From assembly GCA_002269645.1 (NCBI GenBank), contig NIVC01000546.1, positions 1-64,000 of the forward strand: 64,000 bases of DNA, written 5' to 3'. A program made the translations under genes and the position numbers. Positions 24,571 through 41,479 of the stretch are shown piece after piece; within the stretch, counting starts at the first letter, position 1; each line of letters starts with the position of its first letter. The notes below the pieces were generated by a model. That model worked only from the letters and a program-made list of their open reading frames with translations, was not told where the DNA came from and searched no databases. This DNA is from Macrostomum lignano. Its lineage: Eukaryota.

Positions 24571-27500
24571 CAAATTACAAATAGTACAAATAGTACAAAT
24601 TCTTAGATTTTAGCGATTTTAAAAATGTACGTGTAAATTTCGGTCTAAAAATATAACAAAAATACACCTTGTTAGAAAAGAGGACTAATTAAGCGCTATA
24701 CCAATATAAAAAAACTGTTTCAAAAATAACTTACATTACCTAAAAATCACTGTAATAGGTTAGAAACGCTTAGAGCACGCTTTAGAAACGCTTTAATATT
24801 TCTTTGAAAGCAACACAGCGCAATTTCAAATCGCGTGAATCTGCAGCAGAGATCGGGTCGTTCTCAAAGCTAGGTCACAACTTTTTGTTATTGCAAAAAA
24901 AGTTTATACATCGACCAATAATCGTACAAAAAAAATTATTTCGACAATTTCTGTAAGAAGCTGCTACTAAAACCACAAGAAAACTTGAAATTGAGAAGAA
25001 ATCAAGGCTATTTGTTATTCTTTGTTGCGGAAAATAAACGACAAAAATATTAAAGAGAAAATAAAATTTTCTTCTATTTTTATTTTAAATATGCAGTTAA
25101 ATTTCTTTTGCAAAAATAAAAGAACAAGAAATTGACAAAGGAAATGTTTTTGAGCACAGCATTTTGTTACTCTGCTCTAAATCCCAGACATTTAAAATTA
25201 TCGTGTGCGAAAAAGTGCGAAATTATTATAGCATGCACTCGAAAGGACTTCGATCAGTTTAACTAATCACTGAATTAAGAAGTCTAAATAAGTCTTGAAA
25301 AGTTGAATTAAAAATCAAGTTTTCACTATGTATCTTTTCAAAGTCAAGATGATTCGACAAATAAAGAATGTTCATTTTTACGGTGAATAGAATTGTTCAT
25401 TTTTACATTAAATATAATAAAATCTAACTAATAATAGAAAAAGTCAGGGAACTATCCTTGAACACCAAAAAGCACATTGTGGATTTAATATCAACTGCAT
25501 GTTCCTTAATAAAGGAATTCGGATTCTAGTATATATTTGATTATTTGTAGCATAATTTCTGAAAACTATAACTTGCTTGATTTTACTTTAAGTACTTATT
25601 ACATTAATACTTATACCAAAGCTGCATGTACTTAAAATAAAAAATTATAGTTACTTATTAGACATTTTACTCCAATTAACTTAAAATAATTCAAATTTAT
25701 TTTAATCAATTCATTTTTTGAAACTTTTTGGAAAATAGACAAAATTGAATTATTTAATTACCAAAAACCTACTAGCTTAACTAAAATAGCAGTTAGTCTT
25801 TAAAAAAAGATTTCACTTGTTAATTGAGAAAAATGAGGGTGTGCGAGGTGTAAAAATGCGAAAGAGCATGCAGGAAACAGAGACAAACAAAAATGTAGGT
25901 AAAAGACACTGCACATGCACATAATATGATAACCAGACATAATGCGCACACTGAAACACCAGTAGCAATGACGCCCAAGCTTTTGATGATCACAAGCGAA
26001 AAGGCAAAACCCAGCCATCAATCAAAGAAGTAGACTATAGCACGCATCTTGAGTGCATCACGCATTTTTTGCAGAGAAGCTCGAAAATTAACATTGTATT
26101 CTGTGCACAACCACCAACTGCGACAGGGTCTGCCGGGGGATTTGTGGGCACGCGGTCGCGGATACAAATCGGAGGAGTCGCTGACCATTCTGAAATTACT
26201 AGCTAGTACATGTAATTTTGTGTATTAATATATTTAGCCCGCTTTATTTCTATGCTCTCGTCCGCCTCTCGTTAATGCATCCCCAGACTCATGGAATAAT
26301 CAAACTTATGATCGAACTATGCATGGCTTCCGTCCCTCGCTTTGAATCTCTCACCTCCCCATAGTTCCATCAACCTTACCGTAGTGGCTTCCTATGCAAA
26401 AATCATCCCTCCGCATCTTACACAGGCTACTTCAGGCTGTAGACTGTACTACATTATTAATTAGTTGCGCTAAGGAATCTACATGTATTTTGCTCGCAGC
26501 GCAACGCGCTGCTCAAAGAAGTTTAGATCTATCTAGATATTCTAGTAATTTCAGGTTTGTCCATAGACTAGAGCTCATGAGATGAGAATTCCATTAACTA
26601 GTACATTTAATATGAATGAACTGCGTGTGTGTGTGCTGTGCATACATATGTATAATATACGAGTAGTTTATGGGCCAAATTATTGTGTGGCACAATTCTT
26701 GGCATCACTCAGCAGGCACAAGATGCAGTTAAGCAGCGCACGAAAATTCTACAAAAGAAATTGAGCCTGGTTGAGGTGATGCGAGGAGGCAGATCCACAC
26801 AATCTCAGTGAATACACCAGACTGCACCAGATACGAGTCCAGTCGAATGTGCGCACTGGTCTAAGCAGCACACGCATGTCCTTCTGACAATGACGGCACC
26901 TAGCTTCGTCCAAGCCTTTGCCAGCGTCACTGACAGCGTCAATACTACCATGCAGTGCCACCTGCAGCACCGACAACGGCAATTCCTCCAGTTAGCCCAC
27001 AACAGTGGCTAAACTGAGGGACATGGAACCTACCCGCAGAAGACACACACATACACACACAGCACCGGCAGCAGCACTCTGACAGCATAACCTAAAGCTC
27101 CATGAGCTCAGTTTTCAAGCATTGAAGAAGCAGAAGCAGTCATCTTGAATCCAGGGATCAGGAAGAGTGTTGCATGTCCGACATGTGCTGTTTCCGTGGC
27201 AAAAGGTGATGGAGCAAATTAATCAACACTTACTATCTAGCTCGTATTAAGACTAAAAAACTGAGGCAAGCTGGGATTAAACCAAAGAAAATTTTTTACT
27301 ATACTTTTTTACCATGTACTTTTACTATACTTCTATAGTATAGTAGAGAGGTACTCTATTTAAATGCAGTAAGAAGTGAAACAAATTTATATATTTAATT
27401 ATTAAAATTAAATTAATTCAAGGTAAATAACTAATTTAACCAATTTATTAGAAGTATTTAATATTTTAATAAATTGATTTTTATACCTTACACGAAATAA

Positions 27501-28845
27501 GCTCTACATTCATTTCTTAGCTTGGGGCCCATCTGTATAAGGTCAGTTTCTTCAAAATGCTGATTAATTAATTAAGGCCTGTTGTCTTTACTTAAATTTA
27601 TAAGGGCATCTTAGAAGTTAATATTACTATATAATACATGTATAATATTATTACTATATTATAATAATATAGTTGCAATTTTAATGACTATTGAATAAGT
27701 CTAAATGCTTCCCCTATTGACTCTAAATATATGGTATCTTTACCTTCAGAAAAAATTAGCATAGAATGACTTGATGAAAACAAAAAAAATCATTTCGAGA
27801 TACACATTTGCTGATCATTCAGGTCAAATTTCAAGGTCCAGTTTTGCACATGTTTCTCTGTAGCTTGGTTACAAGGATTTTAATAAAAATATAATAAATA
27901 TGTCCAATGTACTAACTGATACATAGCCATATTGAAGTATTTTCAAAAACAAAAAAAATCATTTGCTCAGTTTACTTTACTGGATATCTTTGTAAAATTT
28001 CAGCTCAAAAGGTGCTCCATGGAGAATGCTAGTGTGGTTACAGGATATTTATTTTGTGCTTCAAAGTAGGAGTTTATTGCGATGCATGGTTGCTTTTAAT
28101 TATTTTTATCAACAATAGTGCTCTATTTCATAACAATTTTTTACAAAAAGATAAAAAGACATGTTTTTCTAATTATCTGCATCAAAATGTATCATTTTAA
28201 GCGCACATTCTAGACGTCAGCTGAAAAAATACATTTTGTGAGACGCAAAGAGGCTATCCCACCGGAAATGCTAGGCGTACAGTTAAGCGTCTATAAAATC
28301 ATTTATAGTGCAGTTTATTGAGCTTTAAAAAAATCTTAAATTAAATTTATATAAGCTTTAATTTTAAATGTAATATAGCAAGGTTTCAACACAACAACAA
28401 CTTTTTTTTAGCTACAGACATCTTGTAGTACCAAAAATTAACATCGGTGAAATGATTGAATTTGAATTTTTTCATCGCTAATTATCGCTTAATACCGCCA
28501 GATGATTAAAAAACACTTTTGCATGATAAAGTTTAACCCAAAAATTATCTTTATTCACAGATAAAAGTGTCCTATTATTTTCAATATGGCAGTAACAATA
28601 GTAAATGTTCGGAAAATTGTTAAAATTTTTGCTCCTCCTAGAATTTGCGAACGACCCGATCATCGTGGTGTGGTGTGGTTGTAGATCGATGGTGATCGAG
28701 AACGGTGTGGTTTAGCCAACTGATTAAATATGTTAATATATTACTACTATACTGACTCTACTCTACAAACAAAATCCCCAATCGCTCTCGCAAGGGTAAA
28801 AAGCCATGAATTTAGGATTTCTATTTAATTTAGAATGGCATTTTG

Positions 28846-29266
28846 GGCGATTGTGCAGTTTCCCGCTCTAAATTATTTTCACCTTTTTTCGAACTTTTCA
28901 GCTACTGCTAGTATGGCTGGCCGACCTCCAGCGCCGCGGTTCATCGTTCCGGTGGGCGAAGTTGTGAACAGCATCGTGCTCTGCGACCTAGATGTTACCC
29001 ATCGAGGACTGGTTGCGCTGGTCCCAGATGTGGACGAAGCCATGCGGTGGATGGCGCGGCACCACCTGCTTGCTAATACTAGGTCGTGTGAAGCGTGCGA
29101 CATTCCTATGTCGCTCCAACGCCGTGCCGGCATGGACTGCATCAATGGCTGGCGGTGGTCCTGTAAGGAGTGTAAGCGGCACTGCTCGATTAGGAAGGAC
29201 TCCTTTTTTGAAGAGAGTTCAAAAAAGGGGTAAAAATAATTTAGAGTGGGAAACTGCACAATCGCC
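28846..29266 (+). mobile_element. Merlin (IS1016/ISXO2-like) internally deleted DNA transposon
   Basis: ~50-bp TIRs starting GGCGATTGTGCAGTTTCCC; perfect 8-bp TSD GCATTTTG (28838-28845 and 29267-29274). The interior encodes only the N-terminal Zn region (LLANTRSCEACDIPMSL...NGWRWSCKECKRHCSIRKDSFFE). Confidence 0.88.
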
Positions 29267-29743
29267 GCATTTTGTATAATGCAGGTTAGGCGCTAGGCCT
29301 AATAATTATTTTATAAAATTGCTATACTGTATAAGATTATAGACATAGTTGTAGTTGACAGAGAGTAATAAATATTTACTGAGAAATATTATTATATGAA
29401 ACAATTAGTGCCTAAATAGGTTTTAAAGTTGCTTAAAACCCAAGCCCGAAAAATCAAATCAAATTTAACTAGGCCTATGCTTTAAAGTAGGCCCCTAGGC
29501 CCTAGGGTAGGCCTTCTAGCAATGTAAATTGCAATTTGTCATTTGATAAGACTATAACTATAAGGCTACTTGTTAATTGTAAAAATGAAATTCACATGGC
29601 ACAATTAAATAACCTATGTAACTAAGAAACTATTATGACTACTTTATTGATCTTATTGTTTTAGTTTTTAGTTAGAAATAGAATTTGAAAAGATTATTAG
29701 GCCTAGTAATGAACATATGTTTTTAGATAGGTATAATTATTAA

Positions 29744-31130
29744 AGAATCCATGCTTTTCAATAGGGCCTACCTGTGCTTTTTGGTGCTTGGCATTTTGGT
29801 GTCCTAGTTTGCTTTTTGGTGCCTAGATTATAAAGTAGAATTGGACACAAAAAGATAGAAAGTGAGCCCTAATAATTAGCAATAAGTGCTTTGTAGTACT
29901 TTTTTACTTTAAAAAACTAATAAGGTTTTTCTATTATTCATTTTGTTAAGCTGACCTGCTGTTTTAATTTTAAAGAAAGTCTCTTGTTTCCTCTAAATTT
30001 TGTCTACATTCAATTTCTCAAGAAAAAACTTGATCATGTGACTAAAGAAATCAATACTAAAATGGATTTGTCACACTTCGTAATTTTGATCAAAACTATA
30101 CATAGGCCTATAGCATAGTTGATAGATTTCATCTTTACCTAACTAGGGCCTAAGTCTTTTTAATCTTAGCACATATGCTAAGTGCAGCTTTGTATTTACA
30201 GGATATAGCAAATGCTTGCAATTAAATCAAATATATTTTTTTGAAATTTAAGAAACATGTCAGTTTAACAAAATGGATACTGCTTTCCTTAGGAATGTCC
30301 CAGGGCTCTTTCTTTCTCTATTACAATTTATTCTTACTTGCTGCCACCAAGTTGTTACAGTGCCAATATGTCTCCCTGATAAATGTCCTAAAAGCTGTCA
30401 CCAAAGTTGTCATAGTGGGTTTAATTTCTATGCTCTTTTAATTAATGTACTTTTGCATGAATGTACTTATACTTATTGGTAGTGTGACTACTTCTGTATT
30501 TACTTCTATATTGATAGCATCTGTCTATCTATTGGTAGCATTTATATATTTGCTGTATTCTTTGGCCTAATTCATTCAGAGACAATATTCATTAAGTGGT
30601 CTAATGGCATTGTCTATTCTCACTATTTTCTCTTATAGAGATTGTCTCTTAGTCCTGGGCATTCCCTGGATCAGAGAGTGAGTCTTATGCAATTTTTCCT
30701 GCCTTGAGGCAATTCTTCTGCCCTGAGGCATTCTTCCTGCCCTAAAGTGTTTCTCTTTTTTAGCAGGTTTCTTATACTACTCCCAATAAGGGGACTTTAT
30801 GAATAAGGCTCTTGAATACAGCAACTTAGCAATTTCAATATTGGAACAAACTATATTAGCTTGCAAAATTGCTTATTTTGCAGTCAAAGTTCTTTTTGCA
30901 TGATTTTGAAAAATAGTTTTCTAAGAAATATAATATACAAAAATAAGTAATTCTAAAACATTTATATAGTAATTTTACAGTATTATTAATGCCCTTTCTC
31001 AGGAAGATAAAATGTTTTGTCAAGTATTTATTACATTTGTTTGTCAAGTATATTTGAGACACCAAAAAGCAAACTGGTGCACCGAAATGCTGGGCACTGA
31101 AAAGCATGAGCACCAAAAAGCATGGAAACC
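29744..31130. mobile_element. Old, decayed TIR DNA transposon with subterminal repeats
   Basis: Left CCATGCTTTT...GTGCTTTTTGGTGC...TTTGCTTTTTGGTG (29749-29822) mirrors right CACCAAAAAGCAAAC...GCACCAAAAAGCATGGAAACC (31060-31130). Flanks ATTATTAA and ATTACCAA could be a decayed 8-bp TSD. Confidence 0.5.
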
Positions 31131-32248
31131 ATTACCAATAATATATATATCTTTTAATTAAATTGGCAAATAAGTTATAGAAATTAGCTATATTATAGAA
31201 AACGAAAATAAAAGAAAAGCAAAAGAAATGAGAATGGAAAAGTTGAAATAAAAATGTTTAAAAGGCCTATTTAATACAATAGATTTTACAATTTGTTTTG
31301 TAGCCTTTTTTGCCTTGATTTAAGTCCTAGTTTTTTATTATATTAGACATCATTTAAAGCATATATTTATTTTATTGAAGCTTTCATAAGTTTTATTTAT
31401 TAATTTATTACTTTTATTATCATTATACATATAGCTAACTTTACCAGGTCTAAAACCAAAAAAAATTTAGAATAATGTTTTAAACTAAATGTTTCAAAAT
31501 AATAACAATCATAGGCCTAACTTAAGTTATATTAAATATTTTTGGAGTTTAGCAAGGTTATAGTCCCCCATTCTAGTAAGCAGTAATTAAAGGCTTTCAT
31601 TTTTTATTTAATTTGGCTAAAAAGTTAGGTCGATTCTATTTTTGCTCAGATCATATGATTCTAAGATCAATGTTAAGATCTTATTTTATCTTTAGTTAAA
31701 AACCTATTAAACATTTGGTTGGTTAGGAATTATATTGATAAAATATTAAAAAGGCAAATTTTCTTGTTTTTTATTAATAGTATTTATTTTTAGTATATTG
31801 GATTATCATAACTTTATAATTACCAAGTTTGCAACTAAGGCTCATAAATCAGTTAGGCCTATCCTAGTATATTGCACATTTATTCTAAGTCTAGATTAAT
31901 GCCATTTTGTATTGAAATTCTATAATTTAGCCCTCATCACTTTCCTACTAAAAAGAGATTTCATCTTTCATAAAGATTATAACCTATTAGCTAAAATTAA
32001 AATATATTAAATGCTGGCTCATATTGAGCTACAAGTTTGATTATGAATTCACCTGAAATCCTTTGGTGAAGATAGAAAAATCAACTTTTTTAGACCAAGC
32101 TACATCAAACTCTTCATTTTGCAGCAATCCTAGTAATGTTTTGGTTTATGGGATTATAATTGATATCTTTGAGATTGGGTACACTTGAAATTGAAAGCAT
32201 TTATGTATTTCTTCTTCCAGAAGCAAGCTGGCAATCAAATCATCATTA

Positions 32249-36229
<3,981 letters not shown>

Positions 36230-36281
36230 TCAGCTGGGATGCTGAGCTGCGGCATTGACAGATTCAGATGGGGGACTTTGC

Positions 36282-36886
36282 TTGTGTCAGGTGGGTCACT
36301 GAGTGGGTATTTTAGATTTGTCAGGTGGGTCACTGAGTGGGTATTTTAGATTTGTCAGGTGGGTCACTGAGTGGGTATTTTAGATTTGTCAGGTGGGTCA
36401 CTGAGTGGGTATTTTAGATTTGTCAGGTGGGTCACTGAGTGGGTATTTTAGATTTGTCAGGTGGGTCACTGAGTGGGTATTTTAGATTTGTCAGGTGGGT
36501 CACTGAGTGGGTATTTTAGATTTGTCAGGTGGGTCACTGAGTGGGTATTTTAGATTTGTCAGGTGGGTCACTGAGTGGGTATTTTAGATTTGTCAGGTGG
36601 GTCACTGAGTGGGTATTTTAGATTTGTCAGGTGGGTCACCGAGTAGGTATTTTAGAGACAATTGTCAGGTGGGTCACTGATTGGGAGATTTTAGAGAGAT
36701 TTGTCAGGTGGGTCACTGAGAGGATATTTTAGATTTGTCAGGTGGGTCACTGAGAGGATATTTTAGATGTGTCAGGTGGGTCACTGAGAGGATATTTTAG
36801 ATGTGTCAGGTGGGTCACTGAGAGGATATTTTAGATGTGTCAGGTGGGTCACTGAGAGGATATTTTAGATGTGTCAGGTGGGTCAG
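36282..36886. repeat. 34-bp minisatellite, about 18 copies
   Basis: Unit TTTGTCAGGTGGGTCACTGAGTGGGTATTTTAGA, drifting to the AGGATA variant at the right end. Confidence 0.97.
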
Positions 36887-37234
36887 TGAATATGTAAAGC
36901 GCGCCAAGATTTTACTTGTGTGACAATATTTTTAAAGGCGTTTAATTGCATTATTTTTACTAAGCAGTGCTAAACTCCGATTAGTGTTAAAGTCTGCTGC
37001 AATCGCTGTATTGTTCTGCATTTGTTCTGAATTATTATATATTATATACATTGTGTATAGAGATCTATTTGTCATATCAAGAATTCAAATTTTTGAAAAC
37101 AGTACTCTACGGACTTGACTAACTGAATTTTAGTAGTTGTGCGATATGTATCGTAAAACTCTTCACTGTGGCCAAATACCTAAATATTGCAGCCTGCTCT
37201 AAGCCGGTCAGTTCTATTGCTAATCAGTCGCCAG

Positions 37235-40200
37235 ATGTCCGACGCCAGTCAGCTGCTGTCGGAGGCCGCCCGCCGCATCCCGCCGCTCAGCGCCGGCTCG
37301 CACAAGGGCCAGGCCGGCCGCCTCTGCGTTGTCGGCGGCTGTCGCGAGTACACCGGCGCTCCCTATTTTGCCGCCGCTGCCGCTCTGCGCGTTGGCGCTG
37401 ATTTGGCGCACGTGATCTGCGCCGAGGCTGCGGCGCCGGTGATCAAATCGTACAGTCCAGAGCTGATTGTGCACCCGGTGTTGGACGGGGAGTCGGCTAG
37501 CCGGGAGCTGGAGCTCTGGCTGCCCAGGTTCCACGCTGTGCTGGTTGGGCCCGGCCTGGGCCGCGGCGAGTGCGTGGCCGGGGCTGAGGCAGTGAGTCTG
37601 GCGTCTGGCAGGCTTGTTGATTTTCTTTGTTCCAGTGCACACGTTGAAAGCGATGCCGTGACGAGAATCGGTGAAGAGTCATTGCGTGTTGTCAGAAGCG
37701 CGTCGTGTGAGCTGTAGAATCGTTAAGAGTCGCGAAAGAGAGAGTCGTCCAAGAATATGAATCCAATAATCAATAATCAAAACGAGACTAACGATAATAA
37801 ATATTTGTGTTACGCAAAAATGGTGTACAGTAAAATTGTTCCAAGATCAATGGGCAGGTCTGGGACGGCAAGATTGGCAGAGCAGGGCAGTCCGTGGTCA
37901 GCTCTCTCTCTCTCAAAACAAAAAACTCCGAGAACATGGCCCGCGCCCCACTATGTTGCCTTCATTTACTACAATATCAAAAAATTAATTACTGAAAAGT
38001 TAATCAACTACAAACTGCCAAAACTGAAAACTTCAACCCCAGTTGAACCGATCATTGTTCTTCCCTTCTTTGTTTATCCGTCTCTCGTCTTTAAAGCAAA
38101 ATCAGCAAACTTTGCAACAACATGCTCAACAGAAAAATCCGTGTCGTCTTTAATTCCTCCAAAATCGGTGATTTTGTCGGCCGTTTAAAGTCACATGTGC
38201 CATGCGCTCTGCGGGCGGGTGTTGTCTACCGGTTCAACTGCTCTGGTGATCAGAGCGTCTCCTACGTGGGGATCAAAACAGATGCGCTTCAAACACAACT
38301 CAGTACAGACTCTACAGCGACTCAAGCACGCCTTAAAATACGGCACTACTGACCTGGAGTCGCAGACAATAATTTAATTCTAATTCCAATTTAGCTCCAA
38401 ATTAATGTGACTGCACTTGGGAATCGAGCCTGGGCCGCTGGTTCATCAGAGTAAAGAGTTTAAGAGTGGTGATCAGTCACTCAAAAACTCCCATTTCTAG
38501 ACACTAGGGAACAAGTGCCTTGGTATTTGCAAATTCAAATAACTCTTACTGGAGCGGCTCCTCTTGTGGTTGCAGGCGTCTGGGTCTTGCAGTGTGTGAC
38601 TCTGTCTAACTTGGCTGAGCGGTAGTGACGGCCGATTTCGGTGATCAACTGTAGTCTTCTGGAGTCCTTGACTTTTATCTGTAAGTCGCCCAAAACGAGA
38701 GCGAATCAGAATTCTTGTGACGGTCCTCGAGCTAGGAATTAACACTAGAACGTGCGCCCTAATGAACAATTGAATTCTTTAAGTTTCTGTGATAGGTCCT
38801 CCTGAAGGGCGGCTTCTTCGTTACGTCCGAAACGTAACGGATAACTCAATTAAATCAATAAATCCTCTAGGAATATCCTAGGAAACAAGGAGGCCTTTCT
38901 CAAATGCATCGACAATGAACTGCTCTCGTATAACTCAATTAATCAACTCATTAACGCTAACAATCAAAGAACTGAATCCGGTAAATGCTTACCAATTGGA
39001 CAAGTGTGGTCCCTCAGAGATTGGTCTTCTTTGTTCCTTCAGAGTCTTCTTAGAGACCGCTCTGAGTCTGAATTTTTGACTCGAATTTTCACTTGTATTT
39101 ATAGCAAAATTTTGGAGAAAACCGGTTTGGGATTGGGTTGTTTGAACATTACCATATATGGAGTTAAACAAATACACAGCTGTTGAAATCCGGTTCCTTG
39201 ATCAAACAATGTTAATCCCACGCAGGGTTCTAAATCACTCTGCGCGTGATTCCAAAAAGAAGATATGACTCATTTTGGAAGAAATTGATTTTCTTAGAAT
39301 ATTACTTTAAGTAGAGCATTAAGGTATGGTTTAATTAATAACTCTCTACAAGAGCGCCGCGCTAAATCATTAGGCTACGCCCCCAAATATATCGGGATAT
39401 AACATTATATCGTACTTAACTGAAGTCGGTGCTATGGACAGTATCGGAACAGACGCATTAAAAGGCCCATCTTGTACAACAAGCTAGCAAACCCTCTTAT
39501 TGCGATCGTAAAAAAATCTTTCAAGCTACTGATTAGTATACAGCTAGTAGCTTAAACGAGCACGTGTTGATATCATAAGTAAACTCTGCCTGTCCCGCCC
39601 TCACACAGGCAATCAAACTGGCCGTGTCGCTAAACAAGCCCCTGGTTATTGATGCCGTAAGTCTCTTATTAGTGCATTAATGCTTTCAGTAATATTGATA
39701 AGAGCTGACGAGGCCGAACTGAAACTTGTGCACGCAGGACGGCCTGGCAGTAGTGTGCTCTCGGCCGCACCTGATCTCAGGCGCCAGTCGGGTGCTGCTC
39801 ACGCCAAACATTGTTGAGCTGCGCCGCCTGCGATCCGCACTGTGCGACGGCGACTCACCTGACACTGATGAAGCCGCCGAGTCGACAGCCCGTCGGATTT
39901 CCCGCAGCCTCGGCGGCGGAGTCGCCCTGCTGTGCAAGGGACCTGTCGATGTCGCCGTTATCGACAATGATGACGGCAACGCTGCGGCGTCCTCGACGCT
40001 GACCTGCAGCGTTGTCGGCTCGCCTCGCCGTTGCGGCGGTCAGGGCGACGTTCTCGCCGGCTTGGCGCTCGCCTTCGCCAACTGGTGCTACGCCGGGCCG
40101 GCCTCGCCTGCCAGCCCGCACCCCGCTCTGCTGGCCGCCTTCGCCGCCTCCGCGTTGACTCGGCGCTGCTCCGCTGCGGCCTTCAAAGTCAACCGGCGAG

Positions 40201-40283
40201 CCATGCTGGCTTCGGATCTGCTGGCCCAGATCGGGCCCTGCTCAAGGGAGCTGTTCCCCGAGGCTGACGCTGTGAGCGACTGA
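37235..40283 (+). CDS. NAXD: ATP-dependent (S)-NAD(P)H-hydrate dehydratase (316 aa)
   Basis: Exons 37235-37591, 39609-39656 and 39738-40283. Motifs: [80 protein letters not shown] at 40329. Confidence 0.95.
37985..38375 (+). mobile_element. Penelope-like element fragment (RT-EN linker plus GIY-YIG endonuclease start), frameshifted
   Basis: IIVLPFF...(frameshift)...[46 protein letters not shown] matches the VVY.F.C...YVG GIY-YIG start of Penelope elements. Lies in NAXD intron 1. Confidence 0.75.
38383..38445 (-). mobile_element. Short 5' fragment of SINE family B
   Basis: Reverse complement of CAGGCTCGATTCCAAGTGCAGTCACATTAATTTGG.GCT.AATTGGAAT, as seen at 16853-16907. Confidence 0.7.
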
Positions 40284-40512
40284 CAAAAAATAGCCTGACA
40301 CTCGAATATTGCAATTGTAAAATGGTTAAATAAAGATTTGCTCCATTTTTCTAGTTTTTATCGCTCTTTAAATTTTTCTAACTCGATAACTGGGCAGTTT
40401 GTCAGTGTTAGCTAATTTCATTCATTTGTAATCACTTTATCCTGGTAATGACACCAGAATAATGACTTTAGCCAGACCTTCTTATCTGTCTTCCTGGATT
40501 CCAGAAGCTTTC

Positions 40513-41319
40513 TTCCCAGATCCTCAAATTGAGCAAGCTCCCTCCCAGATCCCCAGATCCTCAAATTGAGCAATCTCCTCCCAGATCCCCAAATTCTCAA
40601 ATCGAGCAGGCTCCTCCCAGATCGCCAAATTCTCAAATTGAGCAGGCTCCTCCCAGATCCCCAAATTCTCAAATTGAGCAGGCTCCTCCCAGATCGCCAA
40701 ATTCTCAAATCGAGCAGGCTCCTCCCAGATCGCCAAATTCTCAAATTGAGCAGGCTCCTCCCAGATCCCCAAATTCTCAAATTGAGCAGGCTCCTCCCAG
40801 ATCCCCAAATTCTCAAATCGAGCAGGCTCCTCCCAGATCCCCAAATCCTCAAATTGAGCAGGCTCCTCCCAGATCGCCAAATTCTCAAATCGAGCAGGCT
40901 CCTTCCAGAGGGGGGCCGTAGCCCAGCGGTAGCGCAGCTGCTCTGGTGTGCCAGCGACCCAGACTCGATTCCAAGTGCAGTCACATTAATTTGGGGCTGA
41001 ATTGGAATCTCGACTTGGCTCTGCTCGTGCAATTAACGGCCTTGAGAGCCAACCCCCCAAGGCGCAGTGAAGTGTACATGCCTAACGATAATATAAAGTT
41101 AGGGCCGCTGTACACTCCTGTGTGAGTGTGTGCCTGCGTACGTATCCGCGCGCTTGTATGCCTGCTCAGGGGAGTCGGCGGAATGGGCAGCAATGCCTCT
41201 CGCCGGTTGTGTGCCCATGTCGCTTAAAGTGCGCCAGGGTGCACACAACCCCCCTGCCTCTAATAAAAAGGCTCCTCCCAGATCCCCAAATCCTCAAATC
41301 GAGCAGGCTCCTCCCAGAT
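40513..41319. repeat. 39-bp minisatellite (about 11 copies) interrupted by a SINE
   Basis: Unit CTCCTCCCAGATC(C/G)CCAAATTCTCAAAT(T/C)GAGCAGG. The array resumes after the SINE at 41269. Confidence 0.95.
40909..41268 (+). mobile_element. tRNA-derived SINE (family B, copy 2) with a 13-bp TSD
   Basis: I counted 5 substitutions versus the 16806 copy over about 355 bp. TSD AGGCTCCT(T/C)CCAG at 40896-40908 and 41269-41281. Confidence 0.92.
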
Positions 41320-41479
41320 CTTTAGGCTGGGGCGCGCGCCGGCCTCTAAGACCATAATTTTAGGTTACTACTAGATTCTCAGAAGCTCCATAATTTTGCT
41401 TCAGTTATGAGTGAACTCCGCTGAACTTTCAGCAGCAACAGGCTGTTCACCAATAATCGAAGACACCTGCCGTGTTGTC

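Noticed and set aside
27150-27215. IBR/RBR-like CPTC...KGDG.N
   Set aside because: An isolated short match with stops on both sides; the remaining ligands are absent.
30240-30830. ISXO2 transposase remnants inside the old TIR element
   Set aside because: Apparent motifs needed several frame switches, and I could not recover a DDE pattern.
38795-38845. Hammerhead-like CTGAAG...CCGAAAC downstream of the Penelope fragment
   Set aside because: The core lacks A9 (CTGAAGG), the stem III U16.1 is a G, and there is no stem I partner. At best an inactive relic.
40418-41032. Repeat-protein ORFs (GRSLLNLRIW, PPRSPNSQIEQA and others)
   Set aside because: The 39-bp unit is divisible by 3 and opens frames on both strands; the array is interrupted by a SINE; there is no splice or start context.
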